DNA from: Octopus vulgaris
Lineage: Eukaryota
Reading direction: 5' to 3'
DNA length: 64,000 bases
Assembly: GCA_951406725.2 (NCBI GenBank)
Contig: OX597816.1
Span: 155,372,001-155,436,000, forward strand
Position 1 is the stretch's first letter. Each line of letters begins with the position of its first letter. Below, piece after piece: positions 51,201 through 64,000 of the stretch. The notes beneath the pieces are model-generated. The model was not told the DNA's origin. It was given only the letters and a program-made list of their open reading frames with translations, and ran no database searches. A program made the position numbers and the translations under genes.

Positions 51201-52624
51201 GAACAGTTGGAAGTTGTTTTGGACCTTTTTTCGAAGGCCGTCACTGGTGACGAAAGCTACGGAACTTGCAGATGTGGAAGAGGAGAAGAAAAAATTCGAC
51301 GGAAGCGTTAAAAGGCAACACTTCGCAAGAGTTCCAACACTACTTCAAACAGTGGAAAACACATTTGGAGTAATGCATTGCTTCAAATGGAGAATACTTT
51401 GAATGCAATAAAAGTGTAAACATGTAAAAATAATATTGCAAAATTTGGGATACCTGCTCGTAAATACTACCATACACACACACACACACACACACATACA
51501 CACACACACACATGTATATATATATATTACACACCTGACTGGATTGGCGTGTATGGGATTGAGTATTTCACAAACACGTGTACCCTTAATGTATTTCACA
51601 TGCGAAATCAGCGCGACACAGTGTGAATCATAAGTGCAATACATCCAATGAGATTCTCCATATTTTCCGTCCAGCCAATATGATCTAATCGAGGGTATAG
51701 AAAACGGTGCTTGCTCAGGATGTCATGCAATAGGATAGAACCCGAGACGTATTGATTGTGAGGTGAATTCCTTGACCAGTCAACCATGCTGTGTTTACAA
51801 CACTAATATTCCCACAAAATATCATCACAACCATAAAAATACCAACAACACAATAACCGGCTGAACATTTTCAATATACACATCTGCCCTGTTAGAAATA
51901 GCAGCTAAATCTCCATCGAATTACTGTCATTAGAAATTAAAGACAGATTGGACAATCATTGAAGGCCTAGATATACTACAATATTTTGATCAGAATTAGC
52001 ATAGTCATTCGACCTGCAAGAAGTAGCAGGCAAATCTCCATCAAATCACAACCTTTTGAAACGAAGGACGACTTGGTTAATCATTGGAAACCTAGATACA
52101 CAACAATGCGTGTGTGTAAACAACAACAATAAGAACAACGAAAATGTCTTTTGCGTCGGAATTTTACAGAAATTCTTTGAACAATATCTAATCATTGAAC
52201 AATGGAGTTAATTCAAATTTAGAGCAACAATACTTTGAGAAACCTCATGCAATGTAAATAGATCAATTTAATAGGATTAGAAGTTAATAAAAACTCATTA
52301 GAACAGCGAAATATAAATTAGTTTCTGTATACTGTTGGATTTCTTTTTATGCTCAGAAAGCGTTTATATTCTTAGTATATTAATCTTAGCATATTAATTT
52401 CCGAGTAAGCAAACCAACAAAATATTCAAGATAATGCCAATATACTTAATTTATCGTGGGGAAGCTAACTAATTAGCTAATAAGATCGAAGTGTAGAAGA
52501 AAATGTTTCATCAACAATGATTAATAATTTAATATCATCTAAGCAGGTAAGAATTTAACCTCACCTTATTTTTCCTTGCCTTCTTCCTTAAGATTTCTAG
52601 TCTAGAAACACATGCAGAACGTTT

Positions 52625-52676
<52 letters not shown>

Positions 52677-52919
52677 CAGCAGTAGTAGTAGTAGTAGTAG
52701 GTGGAGGAGGAGGAGGAGGGGGGATGGCCAAAATGTCCGTTCCGTTATTGTCGGCGTAAAACTTGAAACACTCTATTAAGCAGCTAACTTTAGTTCGTCT
52801 CTTGCGCATCGACACTCGTGAGATACTTGTCATTTCATCATAGTTCAACTCGAGCTTGCAAAGAGACGGGTTGTATTTTCTGTGATTGGGATCTCCTTGA
52901 AAATGGTGAACCAAAACAA

Positions 52920-53760
52920 ATATTATTGGTACATCAAACATTTTTTTGTTTTTAGGAAAGGCAAGAAAGCAGCGGTAACTTGTACAAAATATGCACTGTA
53001 TACGGAGAAGATGTTGTTACAGAACATGTGTCAGAAGGTTTTTTAGAGATTTCGATCAGAAAATTTCTCAACTCAAGAAGCACCTCGCTCTGGAGAGACA
53101 ACTGAGATACACAGCGACACTAACACCCTTTTTGCAGTTAAGATAATCGGTGATATTTTTCAAATAACCAAATCGAGTGTTGAAAACCATTTGCATCAAC
53201 TTGATTACATCAGCCAGCCCGCAGTTTGAGTCTCACATCGATTGAATGAGGATAATCTCGCTCAATGATACATGAAAACGATGCTTTTTTTTCTTTCTTT
53301 TTTGTTGTTGAAGGAAGTGGTAACAGAGTACGAATAGTGGATTGTCTATAAGCATGTGAAGTGTAAGCGGTCATGGGGTAAGTAAGGTAACTAACACAAG
53401 CAGACTCCAAAAAAGGACTTCATGTGAAGAAGGTTATGCTTTCAATTTCGAGGGATTGGAAGTGTTTTGTCTTTTACGAGCTTTTTCTTATGACCAGGAC
53501 CATCAGCTCGGGTGTATACCGTGTTCAGTTGGACAAATTACATGCAGTGATCCATTAGAGGTGTCATCCAGTACTTGCTAATCATAAGGGCATTACCTTC
53601 CATCATGACAATTCCAGACAGATCATTTCTTTGCAGACACTTCATGAGCTACTGTGACCCGGCTTGAAGGTTTCACAGCACCCTCCATATTCGCATGACC
53701 TTGCGCCTTCACATTTCCACCTGTTTCGGTCTCTTCGAAATTCATTGAGTGGGCAGATCT
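52920..53760 (+). mobile_element. Decayed mariner transposase (Mos1/Hsmar1-like)
   Basis: FRKGKKAA..VYGEDVV..EAPRSG, KKVMLSI, FHHDNSR and HPPYSHDLAPSHFHLFRSL. Confidence 0.85.
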
Positions 53761-53773
53761 TCATCTGTAAAAC

Positions 53774-54657
53774 GCATCAGACCCTTACCCCCAAACTTCA
53801 CTGTTTTCGTCGTGTAACGTGGGTAGTTTCGCTTTCTCGTAAGCGAGAATTTATCAGAAGGCCTCCAGGAAAGCAAAACGACCCTCGTTACACGATGAAA
53901 ACAGTTACGTTTGGGGGTTAGAGTCTGATGCTTTGGGGATATATAAAAAGTGATGGTTCAAGAAAGTTGGTTTGCATTACAATAACTTGAACAGTGTCAA
54001 ATACATCCGATTGCTGAAGGGCAATTTGATACCAGACTTCGATGAAAGTGAGATTTTTCAGCATGTCGGAGCTCCATGCCACAGATCATGTGCAACACAA
54101 CAGAGTCTGGCTGATGAAGGTGTTACCTTATTGAAAGATTGGTCAGCTCAGAACCGTGACTTAAATATCATCAAGCAAATATGGATAAAAATCCATGCAA
54201 TCTCGAAGGGTTGTGGGGGATCAGCCACAGAGAATGGCATTTCATACCTGTGAAGATGGTGAAAGATGTGTACGCATCTCTCCCCAGGCGCATTGAAGCA
54301 ATTATTGAAGCTATGGGAAGCCGCACGAAATATTAACAATGTACAATAACTTTTTGAGATGAACATTACGTAATAAATTTTCATTATAGAAATTTTACCG
54401 TTATGAAACGTTGTATCTTGATTGGTTTATGTGAGGTGACCGAAAACTTTTGCATGGCAATTTTTGGTGGCCGTCTCGCATATCATACTCTCATTCAGAA
54501 CCGCTACAATAAAATATAGTGATTAGGTGTGGAAATGACACCAACAGGGCCAATGTTTCATTTGTAAGAAACGCAATGCAAAACATCCATTTGTAAGTTG
54601 GCAATTAGTAGAAATTTACAATAGTTTAAAGTGACCGAAGACTTTTGCACGGTACTG
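53774..54657 (+). mobile_element. Fold-back Tc1-like element with an IR/DR-type right end
   Basis: REFIRRPPG..KTVTFGG, LNSVKYIRLL, EIFQHVGAPCH and DLNII. GTGACCGAA(A/G)ACTTTTGCA occurs at 54436 and 54631, and the element ends GGTACTG-TA. Confidence 0.85.
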
Positions 54658-55689
54658 TATACACGGCAGGTTTCTTTCCGTTTCCGTCTACCAAATCCTC
54701 TGATAAGGCTTTAGTCGGCCCAGGGCTATAGTAGAAGACATTTACCCAACATGCTACGAAATGAGACTGAACCCAGATCATGAAATTGGGAAACAAACTC
54801 TTAACTACACAGTCGTCTATGTTATTTAACCCAAAGTCAAGTCTGATTGAACAGCCGATCAGATGCGACGCACACGTTTATTTTTCAAACAAAATCTTTC
54901 TAGGACTACATTACTTTCTCACACACATACACCTTTTTTCAGTATTTAATGTGTGTTTTAGATGGATTTGGCTGCTATATCTAGTAGGTTGAGTAACTTG
55001 TAGCCGCTTCCTTGGCTTATTCGCAATTACATTTCACGATGTTTGTAATTTTGTTCAATATTCTTTTATTTTTCTTACAACAGATTTTATTTTTCCTGAG
55101 AGGAAAATTAAAGATATTTTATAGGTGAATCTTGAATGAATAAATTCCATTAAATATACTCATACTTCAATACATTTTTCTATTACATGTTCTGCGCTTT
55201 ATTAAAATTCTATTGAAACGGTTTTGATAGCAGTACGACGGGGAAACGGAGCTGGCAGTTGCGGTGGTGGTAGCGGCAGCATCCGTTGTCGTTGTCGATG
55301 TTGCTAGTTGTTATAGCATAAAATATACTGAATATTCAATGGGTAGTTTGTCAAAGACACACATACTCATACGTCATATAGCTTAGAATTGCCAGATAAA
55401 ACAATTTTTAAAAAAACCGGTGTATGTATCATATTTAGCACCTGATCATTTATGAATGACAAGATTTAGAAGCCAAAACGTTCCTGTTTGACGTGTAACG
55501 AACTTATTGTATACAGCGCTCTCGCTAATCTTCACATTGTACAAGAGAAGGATAACAATGTTGTCCCTTTCAACAGCAAAACGCACCTTCATTATACATT
55601 TCTTAGGTAGATTTAACAGGTGCCCTTTTTAACATTATAATACATGTTCATAAGGCGGCGAGCTGGCTGAATCGTTCGTGTGTTTGTAC

Positions 55690-55815
55690 TGGTTTTAGCT
55701 TTAAGGTTTTAGGGTTAGTGTTAGGGTTTTAGGGTTAGGGTTGGGGTTTTAGGGTTAGGGTTAGAGTTTTAGAGTTAGGGTTAGGGTTGGGGTTGGGGTT
55801 TTAGGGTTAGAGTTA
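55690..55815 (+). repeat. Degenerate TTAGGG-like interstitial repeat
   Basis: Mixed TTAGGG, TTTTAGGG, TTGGGG and TTAGAG units over ~125 bp. Confidence 0.8.
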
Positions 55816-56039
55816 CGGAAAAAAATGAAAAATGAAGGAATTGAAGGGGTAGGGGTAGGGGCAAAAAAGTCATTCCGAAAATAGTAGCTGAAAAAAAGGA
55901 AAAAAACCCAATAAAAGTAGTAGAAATGCACGAATGATTATGATAGTGCCATGAAGTAAACATGCTTCAGATACACTCGTGTATTCATACAAACGTAACT
56001 GAGATGAAATATGTCATAATAGTAGTAGTAAGATTCAAC

Positions 56040-56370
56040 GGCGCTTAAAGTGGTTCGGTCATGCGGCCCGGTGTCCAGAGGGTGAGCTGATTCGCGATGT
56101 CCTTCTCCCACCTCCACTTCCCAAGTGGCGCAAACGAACGGGCGGATGGCTGAAGACCTGGGCAACGACGATAAAGGAGGACCTCTCCGAACTCTCAGGT
56201 CCGCAGGTGGTCGGTCTGCGCAGATGGAACCACGAATGGCTCGCCATCTCTAGTGACCTCGCACAGGACCGTCAAGCGTGGGCCGCCATGGTTAGTGATG
56301 CCGTCAGGACCAGAGAAGAAGCCGGCTCAATTCGCCGTGGGTGAACGCCGTCACAAGTACAACTATGTCA
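56040..56370 (+). mobile_element. RTE-clade LINE 3' end
   Basis: WEVAQTNG..LKTWATTIKEDL..DLAQDRQAWAAMVSDAV; GC-rich relative to the flanks. Confidence 0.7.
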
Positions 56371-56878
56371 TAATTAACAGTGACAAACGAAATATACACC
56401 GCCGGAAGTTGATGTTGACAAACAACAGCAGTAATTATATTCAGCTGAATACACATCATTGATTGGTTGAAATTACCGAAATACGACAACTTTAAGACGA
56501 AATAACTTCGTAAATATATAAAGTTTTCTCAAAAACTCTAGCAGTAAAAGATGGTTTATATGACACATTCTACCAGTATACGATGTTTGAATATATTTAG
56601 TTACAAAAACTTATTTTCTAAATTTGCAGGTCAAAAGGTAAAGATTCGAACTATCACCAAATCATGAAACAGTCCGTCAGAAGAAAGCATAAAAAGAATG
56701 CATTTAATTTCTGGTGTAGTTCATTATCTCTAAAGTTTTCTCGCATGAAAGCGAAAAGATGTTGCTCAGGCACATAACTCTGCGTGCACTGCTTCTTATA
56801 GCATCAAGAACTGTAAGCTAATGAAATGATTATGTGATCTCTGTATTCTTATCAGTCAGTCATTCATACATGCGCGCG

Positions 56879-56913
<35 letters not shown>

Positions 56914-58353
56914 ATATATACACACACATACATATGTAAATATCCAGCTGCTACAGGCTTATATAGAATTAAGTCGGAAGCATTTAATGCTTTATGGATA
57001 AAAGATAAGTTATTTTGGTTGCTTGCATTTGGATCATTTCATATAAGTTATTTGTTATTCTTTTATCCTTTCACTCTTTTACTTGTTTCAGTCATTTGAC
57101 TGTGGCCATGCTGGAGCACCGCCTTTAGTCGAGCAAATCGATCCCAGGACTTATTTTTTGTAAGCCTAGTACTTATTTTATCGGCCCATTTTGGGAACTT
57201 AGACACACCAGCATCGGTTGTCAAGCGATGTTGGGGGGGGGGGGGCAAACACAGACAAACATATAGACACACACACACAGATATATATATATATATATAT
57301 ACATACATATATACGACGAGCTTCTTTCAGTTTCCATCTACCAAATCCACTCACAAGGCTATAGTCGGCCCGAGGCTATAATAGAAGACACTTGTCTAAT
57401 GTACCATGCAGTGGGACTGAATCCGAACCATGTGGTTGGTAAGCAAGCTACTTACCACACAGCCACTCCGCCTATGTTATATCTATGTTATTTTATGTTT
57501 CATATTATTTACAAGTCTTTTAATCAGGAATTTATTCGATTTTCTAGAATTAGATTTATATGTAATAGATATTGTTCTATTGAGATGGTTGAAAGGTATA
57601 TTGTTCTGCTAACTTTACATTTTGTTTTTGTTTTTGTTTTTGTTACGTGTTTTTGTAGTTTGGAATATGTTATAAAGTGGAAAGCAGTATTTCTATTGGT
57701 CTATATTCGTTAGTTAATCTATGTTTGAAGTTCTAGGTTGATTTTTCTTTTGGTTATTATTATTTTTCATAGTGTGTATCGGTGGTTCAGTAGATCTTCA
57801 TTACGCTTAGTTAGCTAGCTCTATTTTGTTCTGTAATGTTTGAAGTACTTTATGAATATATTTCTTTGTTTCATAGATACTATGTTTTCAATTTCTATGC
57901 TTTGTAGCTAAAGCTTAAATAAAATTTTGTTTATTTCCGATGTATTTTTTATAAATAGTAGGATGGATATATTGTGCTAATGTTTCACTTCTGTTAATGG
58001 ACTATTAATTCCCAGACAGCGTTTGTTTGCACTTTTTTAAACGCTATTAACACCGCCAGATCGAATGGTACTGCTAAGGCGTCGAAACCATTGAAATATC
58101 CGTCAGACAGTTGATGATGGTAATAAATGTTTGATATATTTGTTATATGTGAATCATTTATAGATTGAGGTTTCGTTATTCTGAGTTGTCCTTCATTCTC
58201 GTGAGATTGAACTTGTTAAAGGGTTCATGGATTATGGTGATTTTGCTATTTGTATTACTACACAGATTGATATTGTGTGAAATGCTTCATTAACGGATTC
58301 TAAGTTTGGGAGTTTCTGTGGCATACATACGTACATGTGTGTATATATATATA

Positions 58354-58402
<49 letters not shown>

Positions 58403-58982
58403 ATGTATTTATCTGTAGATAATGCAATGCAAGCATAATGTCTAACAGAATTGCAGTTCTGTGTCTCTATTATATTTCAATGCAAGAACAAAAGTAGACA
58501 GAATCGTAAACCACTGACCCAGATGCCTGTCAGCATTGAGTTTAAAAATCATCGAAGCCAATTTTACTTTCCATTCTTACTGGAACGATAAAATGATTAT
58601 TAGTCAACTTCAACTGACTATTAAAAATGTGTAACTTTTTAGCGATCCTAGAAATGCATATGATGAAATATTGCCAAAAGCTGTGGAGCACCGGGCAAAA
58701 TGCCTTATGGTCCAACTTCACGAAGTCAACTTTGCATTTCAGCCTTATTTAGTCGATAAAATAAAATATCAGTTAATTATTGTGCTTACTATAATCAACC
58801 AACTCTACTCGCTATCCCTAAATATGCGTTCTCATATGATGACAACGATGTGGAGGAGGAGGGAAAAGTGGAAGTTGTTGAAGAAGGGTTATGATCGTGA
58901 GGCTTCGATTGTAATGACTATAGTGATGGTGTTGATCGGCATGATGTCCCAATGTGTGTGTGCAGCCATGGATGTGCGCTTG

Positions 58983-59016
<34 letters not shown>

Positions 59017-61906
59017 GTCTGGGGAGAGTCATTCTCTTTTAGTACCTTATTATTTAACACACTCATCGGTTCGATTTCCACTCATTTACTTATTTTTCCT
59101 AAACATTTTCGTTGCGTCTTGCAACGTTTTCAGTAGTCGTTGACTCTGTCCATTATCAGAGCTGCGATTTTTGTTTGTTTTTTTTTTTGCTTGTTTGTGC
59201 GCATGTGTGTGTGTCAGTGTGCATGTGTACACACATATGTAAGTATGTAAGTGTGTATATGCATGTGTGTGTGTATGCATATATATGTATATTGTATATG
59301 CATGCATGTGTGTACGTTTGTATGTATGTATTCTGCATATTCATGTGTTTGTGTATTCATGTTTGTATGTGTGTGTGTGTGTGTGTGTGTATTCGTATGT
59401 GTACCTCTGTCGCCTTGTGTGTGCATGTTTGAGTGTGTTTATGTGGATGGGTTTGTGTGACTATGTACTTGTGACTGTTATGTATGGATGTGTGTCTACA
59501 TATGTGTCCTTGCGTGTAAGGACACATAGACACACTCAAACATGCACACACAGATGGAGACAGAGGTACATACACAAATACACACACACACGTCTTTATA
59601 TACGCTCGCATTGATTATTTGTGAATTGATTATCCAATTCATACATCAATTTAGTATATAAAACGGCTTTTTACTGTATTAGTTGATTTTATTTCGCATA
59701 TTATATCAATCCCGTAATGTATAACAATTGAATAGTGCGAACATTTGAAAAGTGAAATAATAATTACTTCTTCGCTGCATTTTTATTGTCTTTCTCTCGC
59801 AAAGAAAATCGAAATATGAGAGTTTTTAATATTCTAAGTCGGTGCAATACAGGAAGCTTTCATTGAAAGGAAGAATTGAAAACATATTTAACAATATTGC
59901 AAGAAGCAGGCAGACGATAATATTAAAGAAAAATCGTCAATATCCTTCTCATTCTTATTTTTACCCCTTATAATTTTTGTAAATAATTCTATAAAATACA
60001 ATAAATCGTTATTATTGAGGAAAGTTTATTAAATAAAAGATTATTATATTAAGTGCGGTGAAGGAAGATTATGTTGAATTGCTTTTCTTCACTTTTTGGT
60101 CTCTTATTTATTTAATGTCATTGCAAGATTTCATAGATGACTGCCGCAACTAGCAGAAAACGGGATAAACTCCCAACTGTATAATCTGAGAAAATTTAGC
60201 GCTGCTGAGGAAGGAGCCGTAAAATAAGAGACATGACATAATTTCCCACTCTAATTCTGCTAAAAAATTAAAAAAAAAACTATTTTAGCATGACAACAAG
60301 TCGCGACTAGCCCTAACTCTAGTGAGACTTTAATCAATTTTAATCAGTAATTCAAAGTATTTGCCCGGGTCTATCATTGATTTCCGTCGGTTGTTGTAAA
60401 CACAATTTGTTTTTGTTTCTGTCTTCAGCGTCTGGATTGCTACAAAGATCAACGACATTTTTTCGGTAAGCAATTTAAATAGACAATATTTTACATCAGC
60501 AAGTCTACATTGTCGATGCATACCATTTTGAAGCACCAGATACATTCGTCTCTTTTTAGTTCGTAATCTTTCTACTTCAGCGCTCAGACCATCTCTAAAA
60601 CGGTTTCCTAAGTGTTTCCCCCAGGCATACATAATATGTGCGCAGGTGTCGATCTCATTAGTTAGGGATGTGGCTTGAAAACTAATAAGCACCACTCCAA
60701 ATCCTTTGACTAATCAATTCAAGAAATGTATGTGGATTTCTCTAAAGATACGTGCATTTGTGGTGAAATTCTGGAGACGGATAATGCGTGGAAGGTAACA
60801 AACATTTGGCGCAGAAGTCGGTATTACGTAACCTATATAAATTCTACGTAAAATAAATGACTCACCGATACAGAAAAATATAGAGGAACTTTGCCAGCAA
60901 ACTAATATAATTCAATTAAGCACCAAGATTTTACAAACGTCAGTCCAGATCTAACGCAGCGTACACATTTTTCGGCAATAACAAACTAAAAATAAAAAAA
61001 TCAATATTGTGATAGGAAAATCATGTTATAGTTATGCATTTTGGTGAGTTGCTATAAAGGTTTAAAAGACAGTACAGTGAAATGTTCGTCATCATATTTT
61101 GGTGAGTGGCTATACAGGTATATACAGTTCAAAACTTTTTATACATATGGATGAAATAACATTTTTGTAAAAATGGACTGAGAGCAATGTGTGCATTAGG
61201 CTTGCATTGGTGGAGAAAAGGCATCTCAGAGCTATTTGTTATTTTTGCTTAAAAAACACAACTAAATTCAGCTGGAAAATGAGCTCGATTGTATCACATG
61301 ACAGTGTCCCTACATACATCACATGTCTAAATTTCTGTACAAAGTCTCTAACTCCATTTGAATTTCAAATCATGAAGGGAAGATTTGGCTAAATCTGGAA
61401 GTAGATATGTCTCATATGACAACACGTGCTTATATAATAAACGTGGTGATTCTTAGATCAATGTTCTTGAGTTACGACAATAATACAACCAACTATATAA
61501 TGAACGACAAAATATGTAAAACCTGTCGAAGAACAAGAAACGCTTGACAACCAAAGACCAACGTATATTTATAACAGAACAGTGAGAAGATAGGAAAAAC
61601 AAATAGGGAAATAGTCTAAAGTAAGAAAAAGAAATAGCGTCATATAATTAAGAAATCAAATTAAAATGACAGTTATTTTAGAAAAAACGTCACGTGATAA
61701 AATGTGTAGGAATTAAATAAGAACTAATAGATGGAGAGAGGAAAATAAGCCTTACAGAATAACATGACAAACAAATTTAAAGATAGATCGAGTGGGGAAT
61801 AGCAGTGTGAAAATAGTCTTAAAGAATGATTTAAATAATAAATTGAGCTATAAACGAGATTACAAAAAATGTTATAGCTAATTACATACGTAATAAAATA
61901 CGAATC

Positions 61907-62488
61907 AAGGCAACGAGCTGGCAGAAACGTTAGCATGCCGGGCGAAATGCGTAGCCGTATTTCGTCTGCCGCTACGTTCTGAGTTCAAATTCCGCCGAGG
62001 TCGACTTTGCCTTTCATCCTTTCGGGGTCGATTAAATAAGTACCAGTTACGCACTGGGGTCGATATAATCGACTCGGTCCGTTTGTCTGTCCTTGTTTGT
62101 CCTCTCTGTGTTTAGCCCCTTGTGGGTAGTAAAGAAAGAGGTATTTCGTCTGCCACTACGTTCTGAGTTCAAATTCTGCCGAGGTCGACTTTGCCTTTCA
62201 TCCTTTCGGGGTCGATTAAATAAGTACCAGTTACGCACTGGGGTCAATATAATCGACTTAATCCGTTTGTCTGTCATTGTTTGTCCTCTCTGTGTTTAGC
62301 CCCTTGTGGGTTGTAAAGAAATAGGTATTTCGTCTGCCACTACGTTCTGAGTTGAAATTCCGCCGAGGTCGACTTTGTCTTTCATCGTTTTGGGGTCGAT
62401 AAATTTAGTACCAGTTGCATGCTGGGTTCGATCTAATCGACTGGCCCCCTCCCCCAAAATTTCGGGCCATGCGCCTAGAGTAGAAAAG
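61907..62488 (+). mobile_element. Trimeric tRNA-derived SINE with 15-bp TSD
   Basis: Same head-body-body-body layout as 48460-49082. TSD AAT(A/C)AAATACGAATC at 61892-61906 and 62489-62503. Confidence 0.9.
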
Positions 62489-62964
62489 AATCAAATACGA
62501 ATCTATACAGCAATAAGAAAGATAATAACCGAATAATAAGTAACTATAAACTCTCAGAATATGCCCACAAATATAAATGCATGCAAACAATTATCAAAGT
62601 AGCAGATTCTCAAATCAACAATTAATGAAATTATAGCAAATATTATAGCAAATATTATAGCAAATACTATTATAGCAAATATTATAGCAAATATTGCATT
62701 ATCACTTTTTATTAAAATAGCACTTTTAATTCACGAAGCGATTGATTAAATCAATAAAATATATTGGGATTTTGTAATTCATCATATGAGTTTTTTCATC
62801 ATTTCCTGAATACACTAATATTGATATCTATAGAAAATTGTTCATAACGAGAGATTGTAACATTAAAATTTTAAAAAATGTCGAATTTCTAATTTTTTCC
62901 CGCAATAAAATATTAGCATCATTTTCAATTGACACAATTACTACAAAATTGGAAGCATTTATAA

Positions 62965-63335
62965 TCTATATATATAAAGCTGAAGTTGTCTGTGTATGGC
63001 AGGTTTGGTAGCCTTCAACTAACACTATCTCCTCCGAGACCCTGCGGCGCAAGTTGACCAAAATTGAGAGTATGGTAGAAGAAGGCTTGCTCTTCCTTCC
63101 GTAGAAGAAAAAATTCAAAACGGACCATGTTAACACCAAGGTGCTTTTTTTTCTATGAAAATCCCTATTTTTACGATTTTTTGACTGCTGTGTCGCCATT
63201 TTTCGGTGTATTTCAACCAGAAAAGTGTTCACTTAAAGAGAATAACAAGCTACATAATGCTAAATTTTTACTTTTCAAAAATTCCAATTCTAAAGGGTCG
63301 AAACAAACCCGAGCAACACCGGGCGATACTGCTAG
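62965..63335 (+). mobile_element. Non-autonomous Helitron (371 bp)
   Basis: A|TC 5' end, subterminal hairpin CCCG(AGCAACAC)CGGG at 63308-63323, CTAG|T 3' end, no TSD. Confidence 0.8.
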
Positions 63336-63829
63336 TAAAGTCCATAAAATAATGATAAATCAGAATTTGGAAGGATTATGATGGTGGGGTAGGATGTCAC
63401 ATGATCATACCATACCCCGGGCCTTTCCGGAGATGAACTTACTTTTCCTGTTCATGAAAACTACTATTGTTGCTCCTATTGTTGCTGTTGTTACACATTT
63501 TCTCTCAACTGCTGAATTTAGTGGAGGGAATCTATTTTCACAATAGCTGCTCCAAGAGCAATCTACCCACTTGATTTGTACAGCCATATAGTATTTTTGT
63601 CATAAAATCATGGAACTTCACAATTTAAAATTCACACTTGCGCCCCTGGAGTGGGTAGTGCGAATATTTCACAAGCCGACTAACTCGTGAGAGTCCTTGC
63701 AGGCCTTTTAACGGGATAGTAACAACAAAAACACAACGTTCTTTAAAACAACAAAATTTGCAAATAACTCAATAGCTCAGTACAGACGTGCTTCGCTTGC
63801 AAGTAGAACAACAACAATAATAATGATGA

Positions 63830-64000
63830 CAATTTCAAATTTTGGCACAAGGCCAGCAATTTCGGGCGAGGGGCTAAATCGATTACATCAACACCAGTGC
63901 TCAACTAGTACTTATTTTATCAACCCTGAAAGGATGAAAGGTAAAGTCGACCTTGGTGGAATTTGAGCTTAAACCGTAAGGACTGACGAAATGCCGCTAA
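63830..64000 (-). mobile_element. tRNA-derived SINE 3' part running off the window; related copy at ~17672-17870
   Basis: AAAGGATGAAAGGTAAAGTCGACC..GGAATTTGAGCT is the reverse complement of the trimeric-SINE body. Confidence 0.7.

Noticed and set aside
57500-58320. Possible decayed Penelope fragment on the - strand
   Set aside because: Composition is suggestive, but I could not read any diagnostic motif.
60330-60695. 121-aa non-repetitive ORF on the - strand
   Set aside because: No recognisable domain or convincing splice structure. It may be a decayed transposon.
62628-62695. ATTATAGCAAAT x5, and other short tandem arrays, as CRISPR-like repeats
   Set aside because: Direct tandem minisatellite with no unique spacers, in a eukaryotic context with no cas genes.

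Overview
AT-rich, microsatellite- and transposon-dense animal DNA. The SINE families and repeat landscape suggest a coleoid cephalopod such as Octopus (inference). The only host gene I can support is the 3' end of an ALK/LTK-type receptor tyrosine kinase on the + strand. It has three exons, 9944-10078, 14308-14398 and 21214-22386, and the last encodes a 390-aa Q/N/S-rich tail with SH2-type tyrosine motifs. The ORF track misses the two kinase exons. The intron between them holds a young Naiad-type Penelope-like element with an open GIY-YIG ORF, 508-bp inverted arms and an apparently intact hammerhead ribozyme in each arm. One ribozyme is in the sense of the host pre-mRNA. A second Penelope family carries a tRNA-derived Pol III-type head followed by a minimal hammerhead, starting 28 nt after its stop codon; two copies are present. 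Downstream of the gene is a stack of co-oriented R4/Dong LINEs separated by (TAA)n targets, one nearly full length. Further on are a ~3.2-kb near-identical tandem duplication, fold-back Tc1 elements, mariners, RTE and HERO LINE fragments, trimeric SINEs and a short Helitron. Most listed ORFs are microsatellite artefacts. All calls were made by eye, no searches were run, and boundaries of decayed elements are approximate.
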